Below are positions 26,804 to 40,414 of a stretch of DNA of 64,000 bases, in pieces. Below the pieces are notes generated by a model, which saw only the letters and a list, made by a program, of their open reading frames with translations, did no database searches and was not told the DNA's origin. The stretch comes from Schmidtea polychroa. Taxonomy: Eukaryota. A program made the translations under genes and the position numbers. The stretch's first letter is position 1. Each line of letters starts with the position of its first letter. The stretch lies in NCBI GenBank assembly GCA_044892525.1, contig CM097885.1, positions 44,022,001-44,086,000 of the forward strand, written 5' to 3'.

Positions 26804-27515
26804 TGTTTGATATATTGTAGTTTGTTGGTGATTTTTAACTGTCAATTACTTATCTGAAATCCCAACGACGTAAAACTTTATTGATCATCACAACTTATTA
26901 GAACGAATTAAACGATAACAATTTTCAACACACCTCAAATATTTCAAATGCTTATTAGAACTCTTCCGGAAGAATAGGACAACAATAACAATCCTCTAAT
27001 AACACAACCGCTTGACTAATGCCGGTAATGAGCAATTTGAGAAATTGATCTGGTTGCTTTTAACTTGACTTTCTTAACTTCCTTTGATTCACTAATTCAA
27101 TACGCAAGTTTCTTCCAACTGTTTTCTGATTCTCAACACTTTATTTTACACTTGGTTAAGTCAAATTTCCCAAAAATTTTATTCTAAAAAATTTTCTCTT
27201 TTCGTCGCAATTTTCTCTCGTCCAAATATTTCTCTTTCTGTTAATTTGTGTTCGGTTTTTATACTTTTCCATCTAATGGCAGTTATTGATAATTCATTCT
27301 TTTTACTCGCTTTTTCCATTGATATTCTGTAATCTCTGACAGCTATAGAGATATATGCATTTTTTTCTAGTTTCATGGATTTCCCATAACTTTTCCCTTT
27401 CTATCTCGAATAGGCCATCGAAATAACAAGCCAATCCAAAATTTATTTTGCTTTCTGTTTCAGTTCTTTGCATTTGTACTTATTAATTAAGAATATGAAA
27501 TAAAATATTTAAACA
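26804..27515. mobile_element. Possible old solo LTR
   Basis: TGTTT...AAACA ends, pyrimidine-rich composition and TTCTCAACACTTTA motif shared with the other LTRs; no TSD found. Confidence 0.35.
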
Positions 27516-28559
27516 TTTGTCAAGCTATGTTGAATAATGTATTAATTTATTTATGAAATTATTATAATAATATTAATATTTATTTAATTATCGGATTATA
27601 TTTTTCACTTCCTGCTTTAAGATTTTTGTGTTACAGATAAACAAAAATTAAATAAAAGATATTCTTTTCCAATCTTTTATTTGTACACAATAGAAGGATA
27701 GTCAAAATAAAATAGTCAAATAAATAGTTAGATGAATATACAGGATTAATGAAATGTTTATTAGATTTGATTAACTTGGGATTGTATTAAATTGCTTTCT
27801 TTAGATTGAATTTGGTTGGGGTTTGTATTGAACAGGCTGATAAATTAATTTATCTACTTTGTTCAGCATAAATGTTGACCCTGTACTTGTTAGGGCCTTT
27901 TCAGTAATTCTTATTGAGCTGGAAAAATTTGACGAGTCTCCCCTGTCACCCACCACATATCTTCCATCGATATTACATGAACCCATAAGAATGTTAACTA
28001 ATTATAGTTCCTAAGAGTGAGCTTACTTTTTACTAACATTACCAACATTATTCATTCGACAGGTGTAGAGTGGTGGTGAGGCATTGTATTAAGACTTAAT
28101 AATTAAATAGATTTGATTTATGGGGTTTTTAAATTATAAATACGCTATACAATTTAAAACTATCAACTTAGCATAGATCATACGATGTACGTCATATTGA
28201 CACCTGGTACTACGTGTATAGAACATGATCTCAGCACATAAAATAAACGGGTAAATTTTATCGACACTCGTAAATGAATTTCTCAAGGCAATCACAGAAG
28301 ATTCCGCCTTAATGTTTGCTTTTGTAGTCGAGTCCAACCCAGAAAAAATTAAAAACTGCATAAATTAGTACTTTTAGTAGAAAAATAAAAGTAATTAAAA
28401 ATATTCTTTCCGAATAATGTAACTTAAAATTCAATATATTATTCCCAATATAATTAACAATTTTATTTTTCTCATTCACTCATAATCCCATTAAATCAAT
28501 AAATTATTTTTAGCATTAACATAACTTAAAGATCCAGATATTTATTTATTTATTGGAAT

Positions 28560-31242
28560 TTAAAGTTTATCCAAGAATTTATCTAAGGATGGAACATCCT
28601 CAGAAAGTCCTTTTCTTTTCCTTGTTTGTTTAACAGTGATTCCTGGTTTTGATGTCGAGTCCAACGGATTTCCCGGGTATAATTGCCAATGATCAAAAAC
28701 ACATTGCGGGAAAGCCTTCCCACTCGTGTTAGCTCTCAGATCAGAAGTAAAATCTATTAAATCAATAAATCAATTTATAGAAAATAAAATCCTACTAAAT
28801 GATTCGTTGACTGGTAAAAACGCTTTCACAATATACTGGGGAGTTCCGGGAACTTGCGTTTCTTGGTTAATAATTCCTCTTCTTTTGTTCAGAGTACTAT
28901 AAATTCCTCCTAGAGAAGATTCGGGGCCTTGAATTTCACAGAGGTAAACAGGCTCCAATAAGCACGGACCAGCAGTTAATACTGTAGCATAGATACATCG
29001 CCTTGCAGTGGGAATAATCTGTCCACCTCCTCTATGAATAGCATCAGCATGCAACGTGACATCGTGAATATTAAAACGAACTCCGCGCATATTTTCCTCA
29101 CACAATATACTGTCTTTCGATGCCCAATTAAAGGCTGCTACGACACTGTCTTTAATTTCATTCAAATATTGAACTCCTTTCGATACATCGACAACCATAT
29201 TAGGTCCATTGCCATCGGGGCCGAAACACCAAATCTTTCTTGATTCACTGACATCCCATTCGTAAGTATCGACCAAATATCGACCTCTTTCTTTAACATC
29301 AGACCGAGAAGTAACTTTCCCCGAATCGATATCAGTGGATAATTCCTCACCTATTGGAGCTGCAGTCATGTAAAGCCTGTTATGTTTGTTTGGAGATTTA
29401 CTCAAACAAACTTCACTACTATGCGTTGTAACTGATTCTCTATATGAAACAACCGGATCGCTTTTCTTTATTGGAATACAAGCATGTTCTTCTTCAAGAT
29501 CTTTTAGACAGATTTCTAAATGAAGTTCTCCAGCACCGGCAATAATATTTTCACCTGATTCATCAATCGATATCTGCACCATGGGATCTGACTTCGCCAA
29601 TCTTTTAAGACCTTCAACTAATCTCGGCAAATCGGCTGGATTTTTCGGTTCTACTGCCACTCGAACTACTGGACTTACACTGAATTTCATTACCCTTAAA
29701 TTGTGAGCTCCAGCAAAAGTAGATATCGTTCCAGTTTTAACTAAATACTGATCTACACCGACAAGTCCACAAATATTTCCACAAGGAACGTCTTCAATTG
29801 CTTCAACATATCTTCCCATCATTAAAATTGTTCTTTGAATACTCTTCTCATATAAATCATCTTTTTTGCCAACAACATAATTGGGTCCCATAATTCTAAC
29901 TTTTTGTCCAGTTCCAACTTTACCAGAAAAAACTCGACCGAATGCATAAAATCTACCTTTGTCAGAAGTCGGTACCATTTTGCTTATGTACATAACTAAA
30001 TGACCGTCTGGATCACAATTCTTCATTGAAATTGCGACTTCATCATCAAGTGGACCTTCGTATAACAAATCAGTACGATACTTCTGTGAAATTGCAGGAC
30101 TTGGCAAATGTATACAAATCATCTGAAGCAAAGTATCACCAGCAGGAAGCCATTTTCGCATAATACACTTAAGTAATTGTTTTGGCGGAAGAATTCTTTC
30201 CTCGGCATCTAATTTTACGCTCATTTTTGCTGCCAATTCCAATGCATCTTCCAATGATTTAGACATTACAGTGCTAAAAACCATATAAATAGGTTTAAGC
30301 ACAAACTGATTAAATCCACGAACACCTTCATCTGGTTTTTTGCACCATCTCCTTGTCTCTTCATTGAAAAAATTATCACCCCACAATCGTTTCATTAATT
30401 TAGATCCAGACATTTGAAACTTCTTAGCATACATATCTGCAAAGTTTTTTACTGTAAAAGCCCAACTTTGTAATCCAGAACCGAAACCCACAGTACCATT
30501 TTCTGGAGTCACCTATTACATTTTAATTTAATATTTGTAACAATAAAATAATAACTTGAATATCTCCCATAGGTCCATCTAACTCACCATATTGCGATAT
30601 AATAACATTAACACTTTCAATAACAGCTCTAAATTTTTGATACAAATCTTCTGGCTCGCACTGTAAGCCTTGAACGGCCATATCCATTTTGTTCATAAAA
30701 AGAACCGGTTTGATTCTTTCAGCAATAGCTTGTCGCAATACAGTTTCTGTTTGAACGCACACTCCAGAAACACAATCAACTACAACGAGAGCCCCATCAG
30801 TAACTCTTAATGCTGCAGTCACTTCACTACTAAAATCAACGTGACCAGGAGAATCAATTAAATTGATTAGAAATCCCTTTTCGTCACTTTTACCGTCAGC
30901 GGTTAAAGCTACAGATTGAACTTCTTTAACGGCTGCTAAATTTTCTTCATTCATTTCATTATACATTGAAATAGCTGTTGATTTAATAGTGATACACCTT
31001 TCTTGCTCATCTTTTCTAGTGTCTGTAAATCTAGCCTCACCAGCTTTGGCACCAGCAATTATACCAGCTTTACTTACCAATGAATCAGTTAAAGTAGACT
31101 TTCCATGATCAACGTGAGCTATGACACTCATGTTTCGGATGTTTTTCTTCTTATCCATAAGATCTCTTATTTGATCTATTGTAAAATTAACCTAAAATAA
31201 ATAGTCATTATTAACTAAATCAAATATCAAGGAGCTTACCAT
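28560..31242 (-). CDS. EEF2: Eukaryotic elongation factor 2; coding exons 31242-31240 (ATG only), 31191-30556, 30512-28796, 28753-28560
   Basis: [40 protein letters not shown], diphthamide motif [13 protein letters not shown]-terminus FLDKL*; introns of 48, 43 and 42 nt, all GT-AG. Confidence 0.98.
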
Positions 31243-32389
31243 CTTTAATTCTTACTATTAGGACTACACGCAATTAAGTGATCAAATTAGAAAAATAAAT
31301 ATAAACATACAACAAAAGATTTAAACAACTAAAGAGGAAAATGAATGATTTTTTGTCCGATAGTTAATTAGAATGGATTTCATAATTACTAAAAGATGCA
31401 TGTTGCGAAAATTTTTATATATAAATAAAAATTTGAAATAATAATTTCTGCTCAAATTTCGTTTCATTTAATATATTTATTACATAACTCGTTTTCTTCA
31501 TAACTTCATATTATAAATTATATAACCAAACTTTAAAATAATTAATTTTATTAATTAAATTTTAAAATATATAATAAATGACTATAAAGAATTTGTATGT
31601 AATATGGCTGTTTGCGATTTTTTAAATGTTAAAATATTATTTAAATATGTAAAAATTATAATTTTAAGAGTGAACTGTCGACAGTAGCAACTGGGTCGGA
31701 TTACCAATTTGGAGACCCGGTACTAATTTTCTTAAGTAGGCCCTTTTGTTCACATTTTTAGATATTGTAATAATTATTTATATTAATATTAATAGGATAA
31801 AGAAATGATAGTTAGTTTGGTTCATTGAAACCTAACATAATTATTTTTTTAATATTATCATGACAGAATTTTTTTATCTCATCTCCCGCTGCATGAATTT
31901 GATAGTATGGCAGACAATTTATTTAAAAATCTTTGCGGCGAGTCCTTAGTGTTGAAAAGCTGTCAATAATATCTTGGAAATCTAGCTGGTGAATAATTTC
32001 ACATTGAATATTCATAAGCGTTAGATCATATAATCTCTGTTACCCAATCGTCGATCTCAACGCATTGGTGGGTTACTGGTGGTCAAATATTTATTCTTTG
32101 GTGCTGTTACCAGCGTAACCAAAAATACAACGTTGAGTAATCAACGTTGGTACTGTATCAAGTGGGTGAGAACTCGCAAAAAGTGAGCCCACCAACGGCA
32201 CTATTATTGTCGGGTGCTCTATGGGTCCAGGACTACCGTTAGAAGGTATGTGTCCGATTTACTCAGGTCCCTTACCGAAATTGTTTTCCCAAACACCCTT
32301 ATACAAATTTTCAGTAACCGAACGATCATAAATCAGAATACAACATACGTTAATTTATTAAAAATCATTTATACAGTATGCTAATCACA

Positions 32390-33540
32390 TCTAAGAAGCT
32401 TGCGTCGCTTTTGATTTTTCTTGTTGTTCCTGTTCTGCAAACTTGGCTCTCTTCGATTTTTCGCGGATATTTGAACTTCTTTAACGGCTGCTAAATTTTC
32501 TTCATTCATTTCATTATACATTGCGTTTCGGTTTATTTGACGAAGCCGGTGGATATATCTCGGCCAGCTCTACGGCCAGTGGCCGGATTTGCATTATTGC
32601 GGCTTCGTGTATCACTTGTTGGTTCTGCTTGATCTCCAGCTCGCGTATTTGCAATTTCAGCGCACGGATTTCCGTTTGGTCCTGAGCAGCTTGGGTCTGG
32701 AGTTGGAGAATTTGCGAAGTCTTCTTTTTCATTTCTGCCGGGCTAAACCAAGTGCCCTCGAATTCCCGGCACTTCGTTTAAGTTTTTCGATTCTGACTCG
32801 GAGGTCTTCAGCTTGTTGTTGGGCCTGCTCGCGGTCCTTGCGCAAGTTCTCGAATAATTTAAACACTAAAAAATAATAATAAGAAATCATTACTCAAACC
32901 CATTTACATGAGGAAAAATTCATTTAAATTCATATCAAAATTATTATCTGAATATTGATGTAAGGTCGCCTGAACTCAAAGGTGTACTACAACTAGAATA
33001 AAGTCTAACTACTTGATATTAAAATAATTTATTTAAAGATATTACATAGGTAATAAAGAATAATGCAATTGGTAAAGAGTAAAGACTAGTCTTGATCAAT
33101 GAAAATCAATTGTTATCAATATTAATACAATATCCAGACAAAAATCGTCGTCAGCTCACAATAGATTTTTCCGGGCCCTCCTTCGCCTCCTTGGGGGCGC
33201 TTCTTCATTCTCTAACTCCTCCAGCGGGACCCCTTCGTTTTCTGCCCAAAGCTGGAGCTCGATTTGTCTCAACCGGAGTTGGGCGACCTCCACCTCCATC
33301 GCCGCTCTGTCGCCGGCCTCCTGAAACAAATTGTTCCCGGGCTCTGCTTTAACCCACGCCGGGGCATCGGCCTCGGGACCACTCCGTATGACTGGGCCGT
33401 AATTGTCCAGGTCCAGTCCTCGGCTCCAATCGTGGATTCGGTACCAGATGTACCTGGATCGGAGTCGCTTGACCAAATGCCTGTCGGTTTCTTCTTCACT
33501 GTGGTCGCTAGAGTGTGACATTTCTGCAATACAAATCAAA
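32390..33540 (-). pseudogene. GC-rich, probably spliced gene of unknown function (coiled-coil, Arg-rich motif); possibly part of the Polinton-like element
   Basis: Exon-like GC-rich blocks 33160-33520 and 32390-32865 with GTGAG donor and TTTTTAG acceptor; PPRRRRRARK; frame disrupted. Confidence 0.4.
32471..32523 (-). repeat. Exact 53-bp copy of eEF2 exon sequence (30916-30968)
   Basis: TTGAACTTCTTTAACGGCTGCTAAATTTTCTTCATTCATTTCATTATACATTG identical at both sites, same orientation. Confidence 0.95.
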
Positions 33541-35359
33541 ATCAGGGCACCTTACACGGACTGAGGAGGGTCATTTGCTTTAAGCCCAAAAATTTCATTG
33601 ATTCCCAATACCATGCCCTATTCATCCCGCTTATCTCCCACATACATCATTTTCTTCAATTCATGCACAAACGCACATGTTTCATGGCAACTTTCTAGTG
33701 GAAGTTAATAATTATTTATTAAAATACCACACATAATTCAGGTTTATGATGGGTTAATTTCCCGTTCAATCAAAATACCAACAATTAATACTTAATTTCA
33801 ATTCAGGCAATCCAGATTAAATTAAAGTTGAGTTTGATTTTCCAGATTTCTTTTCCTTTTAAAAATTAAATTTTCAATTAATAATAAAAATACAAATTTA
33901 CTCCAAGGTGATTAAATCACCTATTTATAATCAACATGATTTTTATAATTTAAAAAAAATTTTGTTTTTAATTTATAATGGTAACTTTAATATTTTTAAT
34001 TTTAAATATATATCGCTGAACAATTCAGCCCTGTCGGTGCTTGGCAAGTTGTCAGATTCTCCCGTAGATTCCTAACTTGTCATCACTTAGGCGGGTTGTC
34101 CGGTTCAGCGTAATCACTTAGTTATTTCCCCATATTTAGAGATACAGATGCAAAACGGTCCGTCATGATGTCGGTCTGTACCAGGATTGAGGTTTATTTC
34201 TGCCCGGATTTGTAACTCATACCCTTGAATTACAGAGTCTCTCTCCTTGAACCGGTTAGTTGGTTTTTATCAAGTATTTTATGACTATTTCAGGAATTCA
34301 ACATTTTTATCGGGAAATTTAAATGGATAAGATAATTTCTCAACATTGTGAACTGATTTTGTGCAACGGATTTCGGTAATATTTTAACGTCTTAATCTTT
34401 TGAAAATGATTTTGGTAAATGGTTTTAGTAATATTTTAGCAATATTTTAGTAATCAGTTGTACTCTTCTGTAGATGATTTTGATAATATTTTAGCGTTTT
34501 GAATGAATGTTCCCCTTTTCCTTTTTTTGGCTTATTTTGACACTAAATGATTCCAAAACGGTTCCATGCTTCTGGTAAGTATATTTGATTTTATCTTTCT
34601 CAATTTTTTGCTTGTATTTAATTAATAAATGTAATTATAAATTTTGATGTTTTAAATTTAATTTATCTGTACACATTCCATATTGATATTTGACACCATT
34701 ATCTTGACTATTATTCAACCTGGGGGGGGGTAATTAAGAACATAAAAAAATATTCTTAAGGAATCAAATAACTGCATGTATATAACCTAAGTTAGTAATT
34801 TTAATATTAGTACTGTTCGTAGTATAACTTGGGGGCGTATTTAGAATAATTTTAAATTATATTTTATGAATTTGATATTGATACATACACATACGTATAC
34901 ATACAAATATATACGCACAGATATTCATATAAACACACACATACATAAACCTATATATGTATATAATTTAAATTATTAATATTGATGTCGTTTGCGACCA
35001 TTATATTATCTGGGGGGGGTGTTACTAAAAATAGACCTTAGTGATTTGCTTGAATATTATTGGGGATAGATGTTCTAAAATTAAATTTGTCGTTAGGGGA
35101 ATCCCAAAATCGATAATGTTGTTTAACATTTATTTTTAAGAAATAATAGTTATTTTAATAATATAATTAGTTTATTAGGGGTTACCGGGGAAAGATAAGA
35201 TGAATTGTGATAATATAATGATAACAATAAAAAGTAAGGGTAGTAGTACTAATGGTAGTAGCATTAATGTTAAAATGACGATAATAACAACATCCATAAT
35301 GATGAACGGCGAATATACATTGATATCTTTATGAGATTACCACGGCATACAGCTTGGGG

Positions 35360-35670
35360 GTCATTTAGGAAATTTATGAGTTATAACTCTACAATCAAAT
35401 ATAAGATATATTTATATAAGTAGTCTATATTAGTATGATTATTGATAGGTATATAATTTGAGGTGGTTAATTTAGGAAATTTAAGAGTTATAATTTTAAA
35501 ATCAAATATAGGATAAATATATTTATGTAAGTAGTCTATATTAGTATAATTATTGATAGGTATATAATTTGAGGGAGTCATTTAGGAAATTTAAGAGTTA
35601 AAATTTTAAAATCAAATATAAGATAAATATATTTATGTAAGTAGTCTGTATTAGTATAATTATTGATTGG
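35360..35670. repeat. ~108-bp tandem repeat, about 3 copies
   Basis: TTTAGGAAATTTAAGAGTTA...GTAGTCTATATTAGTAT..TTATTGAT recurs at ~35364, 35472 and 35581. Confidence 0.85.
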
Positions 35671-36714
35671 TATTTTATTGATAATATCTTCTGATTGATA
35701 CGACAATTTTCAATACCAAATTTTATAATGGATAATCGATAATTGATACTACATTTCCCAATACAAAATTTTATAATTAATAACATTTTATTGGCAATAT
35801 TTTATAATTGACAATATGAGAGGTTAGTTATTTCTACAATCTGACCCTATAATTCAAGATTGACTTGGGTATTTGCAACCGATTTTTTAACCATGAGGTG
35901 AAGATTTATATTAATCGCTGAGGATTTTATAATTAATTGAATCTATTCCATCATTTACGCATGTCGAACTACTTTATGATATTATCATGGTTAGTTTCAA
36001 GAAAAATCTTTACGTTGTTAGAAAAATTTTATTTACTAATGATGTTCGACAAACGTATAAGTGGAGTTGTGAATTCCCTGGCACTTAACCGACTACATTA
36101 ACTGAATTGTAATTGTTGTGTTATTTTGGGTCTGAGATCTACTCAATTATAATCCTAGTGTGAATTAGTGTATAGAATTTTTAGTGGTGATTTTAATTAT
36201 GTACTGCATTCAAAGTCGGAAAGAATTCTTGCTTACGCGGCCCCACTGTGACCACTACGACAAGCCTTACTGTTGTTTTAAGTCAACAATTTTACTGCTG
36301 ACCTGTAAAAGATAGGTAGAGTCAAACGGAGGGGTCTTATCGACTCAACTCCATGGCAGAACCATGAAGTGGTGCGACCTCCGAATGACCTGAACAAAAA
36401 AAAATATAATAACAATAATGCGTGTCTGCATGTGAAACCACTGAATTTTGATTTTAGATAAATTTAATGCATGACTGAGCAGAGACGCAGATAAATCAAT
36501 GTGTCTCTGATCACTCTTATATCCAACAAAAATTAATAAAATAACATAAATGTTGATATAAAATATAATGCAATGATGTACATAAGCTTACTGTTAAAAT
36601 TCGGATTTTCTTCGACAAAAACAAATTTGGCATAAAGAGTGTTTTTGTGACTGAAATGCGTTGGTATATATACCTAATTTTGTGTGTGCAAGTACATGTG
36701 TATGTATACACGTG

Positions 36715-38576
36715 TATTGTTCTTTAACTTGTAATAATCTCGCTGAAATGAATCTGTACTAGGTTCTCTCATTTGAGTAATGTAATCAATATAGCCTTTG
36801 AAAATAGCTACTTACTTGAATTCTACAGAGCGATTAACTTTTGTGACTTTTGCGCCGTAACTCAGCCATTCAGTCAAAACTCTACTATTAATCACATAAT
36901 TGGTCTTTGGTTCGTGTGTTAATAACAACTTTTCAACTTTACTTCCAAGTTTTTGCTACAGAGCTTATCCATATAAATTATTAACATCTAGGTATGACAT
37001 TTGTGTGGATTCATCATCTTCAACATGGTGTTTGTTGATAAATGTCATTCCACCACGAATACCAGCTTCAAATAAACGGTAAAGCTCTGGATCTTGAATA
37101 AGTTCTATCGGTTCAGATAATTGTTTAATAGCTGATGCCCAACTTAATCCAGGTATGGAAACAAACGACAGAGCCTCAAGTCCATCTTCGTCAAATGTTT
37201 TTTCTCTGAAAGCCTCAAAAATATCTGTTAATAGAAAAACATCCAACTTCAAATATACTAGCATGTAATCTAGCAACGTCTTCTTCAATCAATAGGAGAT
37301 ATATCTGAGATCCCGTCGAAGTCCTTCTATATACCAAGTCAATGGATTCTTGAAAATATCATTAGTTTTTTGTTTAATTGGATCTTTATTATATTGAGAA
37401 CATTGATCGCTAGATTAGGATTCATTGCTTCAAATTGACAAATGTTAACCAACTTCATTGGAAACCATTCAAATTTCCATTTTAAATCTTTAAAAAAGAA
37501 AATCAATTTTAAAATTTATGACATTTATAAATATATATATTACCACTTAAGTTATATTTTGTTGTTCTTTCTCTATCCCGACGTATATCATCATAACGTA
37601 ACACGGCTAGTATGCTATATAAAAACAGAATTGATCATTGTTTTGAACATTAACTAAAGACTGACTATTTTTCAGGTAATTTGGCGTTTTAATGTAACTT
37701 GATACTGTAAAAAAAAATTAATGAATATTTTATATTATGTAAAAACTTACCAGATACGTGTATTATGTCTGATAATTTAGTTAAAATCATAGTAACTTCT
37801 AATATTTTATGAATTCTCCACCCACTACTTTGTTGAGTGTATTTCTCCAACTTTTCTTTTAATTTTTCAATTCCATCATTAATAAATGAAGATGACATTG
37901 TAATTGCTTTATTCGACAATCACCATTTTTTAATTTCACCATCCTCTTTGATAAACTCTGCACAAAGTTTAAATTGGATTTTTACTGTCCCCATTCGTTG
38001 AATATGATCTTCTATTTCTTTGAATGGACAATCTGGAACAACAGTGTCAGGAGAATTAATTGCAGATACATCGCTTGTCAATTCAACACGAGAACCATTT
38101 AAGTCAGACTCCCGACGTGGACACAATTGTATGTTAGAGTCTCCATTTCCGTAAAATATTGACTTTCGTTTTGTGGTGCCAGAGTTTTGTCTAACTATAT
38201 TTATAATTAATATTAAACAACTTAAATAACATAACTTGTAACATATTCTTTAATCTGTTTAGAATCGTATGATGTATTCATTTTCGATTGTACTATAAAA
38301 ACAAAAATAAATAATAATAATTGTTAATAGTATAAAGAGAATTACTTTTAGTGATCATACTACTTTTCGTTTCTTCGAATCTTCTAAGATGGTGTCCATG
38401 TTGTCGTAAAAACATTAACCACATACCTGGTGTTATAATGAGACATTCCGGACACATGTAACCCGATAAAGTAGAGTCATTTATTTTGAAATATGATGAT
38501 GTAACTGATTTACAGTTCTCAACATCTTCATGACTTTCAGCAATACAAAATTTATATAAACTGCATCCGTTCACTT
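36715..38576 (-). pseudogene. Maverick/Polinton-like protein-primed DNA polymerase B, intron-containing, with deletions and stops
   Basis: SSGW, SSYIKTP..LVNVQNNDQFCF, FPMKL..I.QFEAMNPNLAINV, YLKLDVFLLTDIFEAFR, PGLSW, GIRGG, YLDVNNLYG, YYKLKNN in the expected order. Confidence 0.88.
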
Positions 38577-40414
38577 AAAGAAAATAATCATGAATAATAG
38601 ATAAAGAATAAATTATTCACTTATATCAGTTAAATTAAAAGTTTAAATGACAAACAATTGAAAAGTTACTGTTTATATATTACACATAACTAAATTCTGA
38701 CCAATTAAAATCAAGAAAGGGTATGAGCCAACTCCACTTTGTAATACGCCTGACCTAAATCGATTGACGAAAATATTTTTGCATTCGCGAGACAAACTAG
38801 GCATCGGAAATGACTCTTTTTCTGTTATGGAATTCAATCCACGATAATCTACACACATCCTGATGGATCCATCTTTCTTCCCTACTATCACTATGGGGGC
38901 ATTCCAAGGGCTCTTGCAACACCGAATAACATTTGCTTCCATTAACTCTTATCAGCTCTTCAATCCTTTTCTCCATGTCCATTGGTTGACGTCGAGGATG
39001 TTGCATTATTGGGCCTCCTGTTATCCACATCTCATGTCAAACTAAGTTTGTAAATCTCAGATCAAATTGCGATGCCATAAAAATTCCGCCGTATTCCCTG
39101 ATCATTCCTTCAATATCTTTACTATTCTCACCTGTCATCGCTACTGGTGCTTTATTTATTCTTTCTTCATCAGTGTAGATTTTGTTTATCAATGACGTTT
39201 CTATATTATTGATTTTCACTAACTTTACTCCAAACTCTTTCATTGTATCAATGCCCCTATGAATTCGGGCTTGATCTCTTTTACCACTACTACTGTGATT
39301 ATTTTGGTCTTCTGGTTCCATGTGGCCGGTATAGTCAAGTACCCTAGTGCTTCTTCACCTCCAGTTGAAAAAACTCTGCATAATAATATCATACTACGTT
39401 GAAGTTCTGGTTTGCCTGTTTTCTCCCACAAATTCTTGCTCATGACTGTTACTGGTGCTCCAGAGTTCCATAACATCTCTGTTTCGCTATTATTCAACGT
39501 CATTTTACTCCAATTTCTTTCATCTTCTGTCTGGTATATATCTCAGGGGAACAATATATGTATCTTTCATGTCGCTGTGAGCAGTTTTGAAATCCTGGCT
39601 GTTCTCGGTGTAATCTCTTCTTTCAGATTTTGAATCTTCTTCTATGCACGCTATTTGATATAGTCGTGGAACCTCTTTCCGTGATGAAAAACAATCTCGG
39701 AATCCGTGTCCTTCCTTGCCACATATCTGAATTTTATTTACCAGTGGACACTCATACCTTCTGTGTCCTCTTTCGCCACAGCCAAAACAATCACCTACGG
39801 TTAATTTTGGGACCGATGCTTGTGGTAGTCATCTACTTTCGTTGTACAGCGTCCTTGCAATATTCTTCATGAATATTGTTGGCAGCTTCCTTTCTGAGCT
39901 ATTCGGGATCCTCACATTTCTCAAGAATTGTTCTCTTGAAGATTGTTCTCGACGACCATGGCTATTTCCTTCGTATTGTATTGGTCTGCGTATCGAATAT
40001 TCGTCTCTTCTTGACCTGTGGTGACTAAATGGCTCTTTTGGTAGTCTTCTTTGTGGTGATGTAGGCATGGGATCTTGGGTATTCTTTTAAATTCTCATCT
40101 GCTCTCCCTCAGTCACTCTAGCGTATGTTCTTTGACCGATTGACTTAATAAATTCCGTTTTATTGTTTCCATTTTTGTTACTTTCAAATATTTTCGCCAA
40201 TGATCTCTATTAGCCACAGAGCTACGGGTATTAATAGAATCCATAACTAAAACACGTTTATTATAAAAACACAAATATTATTAAAACAAATTATAACGTT
40301 AATTTGTTTGAGGAGTTTCTAAAAAATAATAATTAATGCATAAGTAAGGATTTCAGCATACAATCAAACATGCACAACATCATACCATTATTTAAATACA
40401 AATTACAAAACGCC

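Noticed and set aside
27801..28100. Small spliced gene downstream of eEF2
   Set aside because: Splice-like signals exist but no exon combination gave a stop-free frame or recognisable motif
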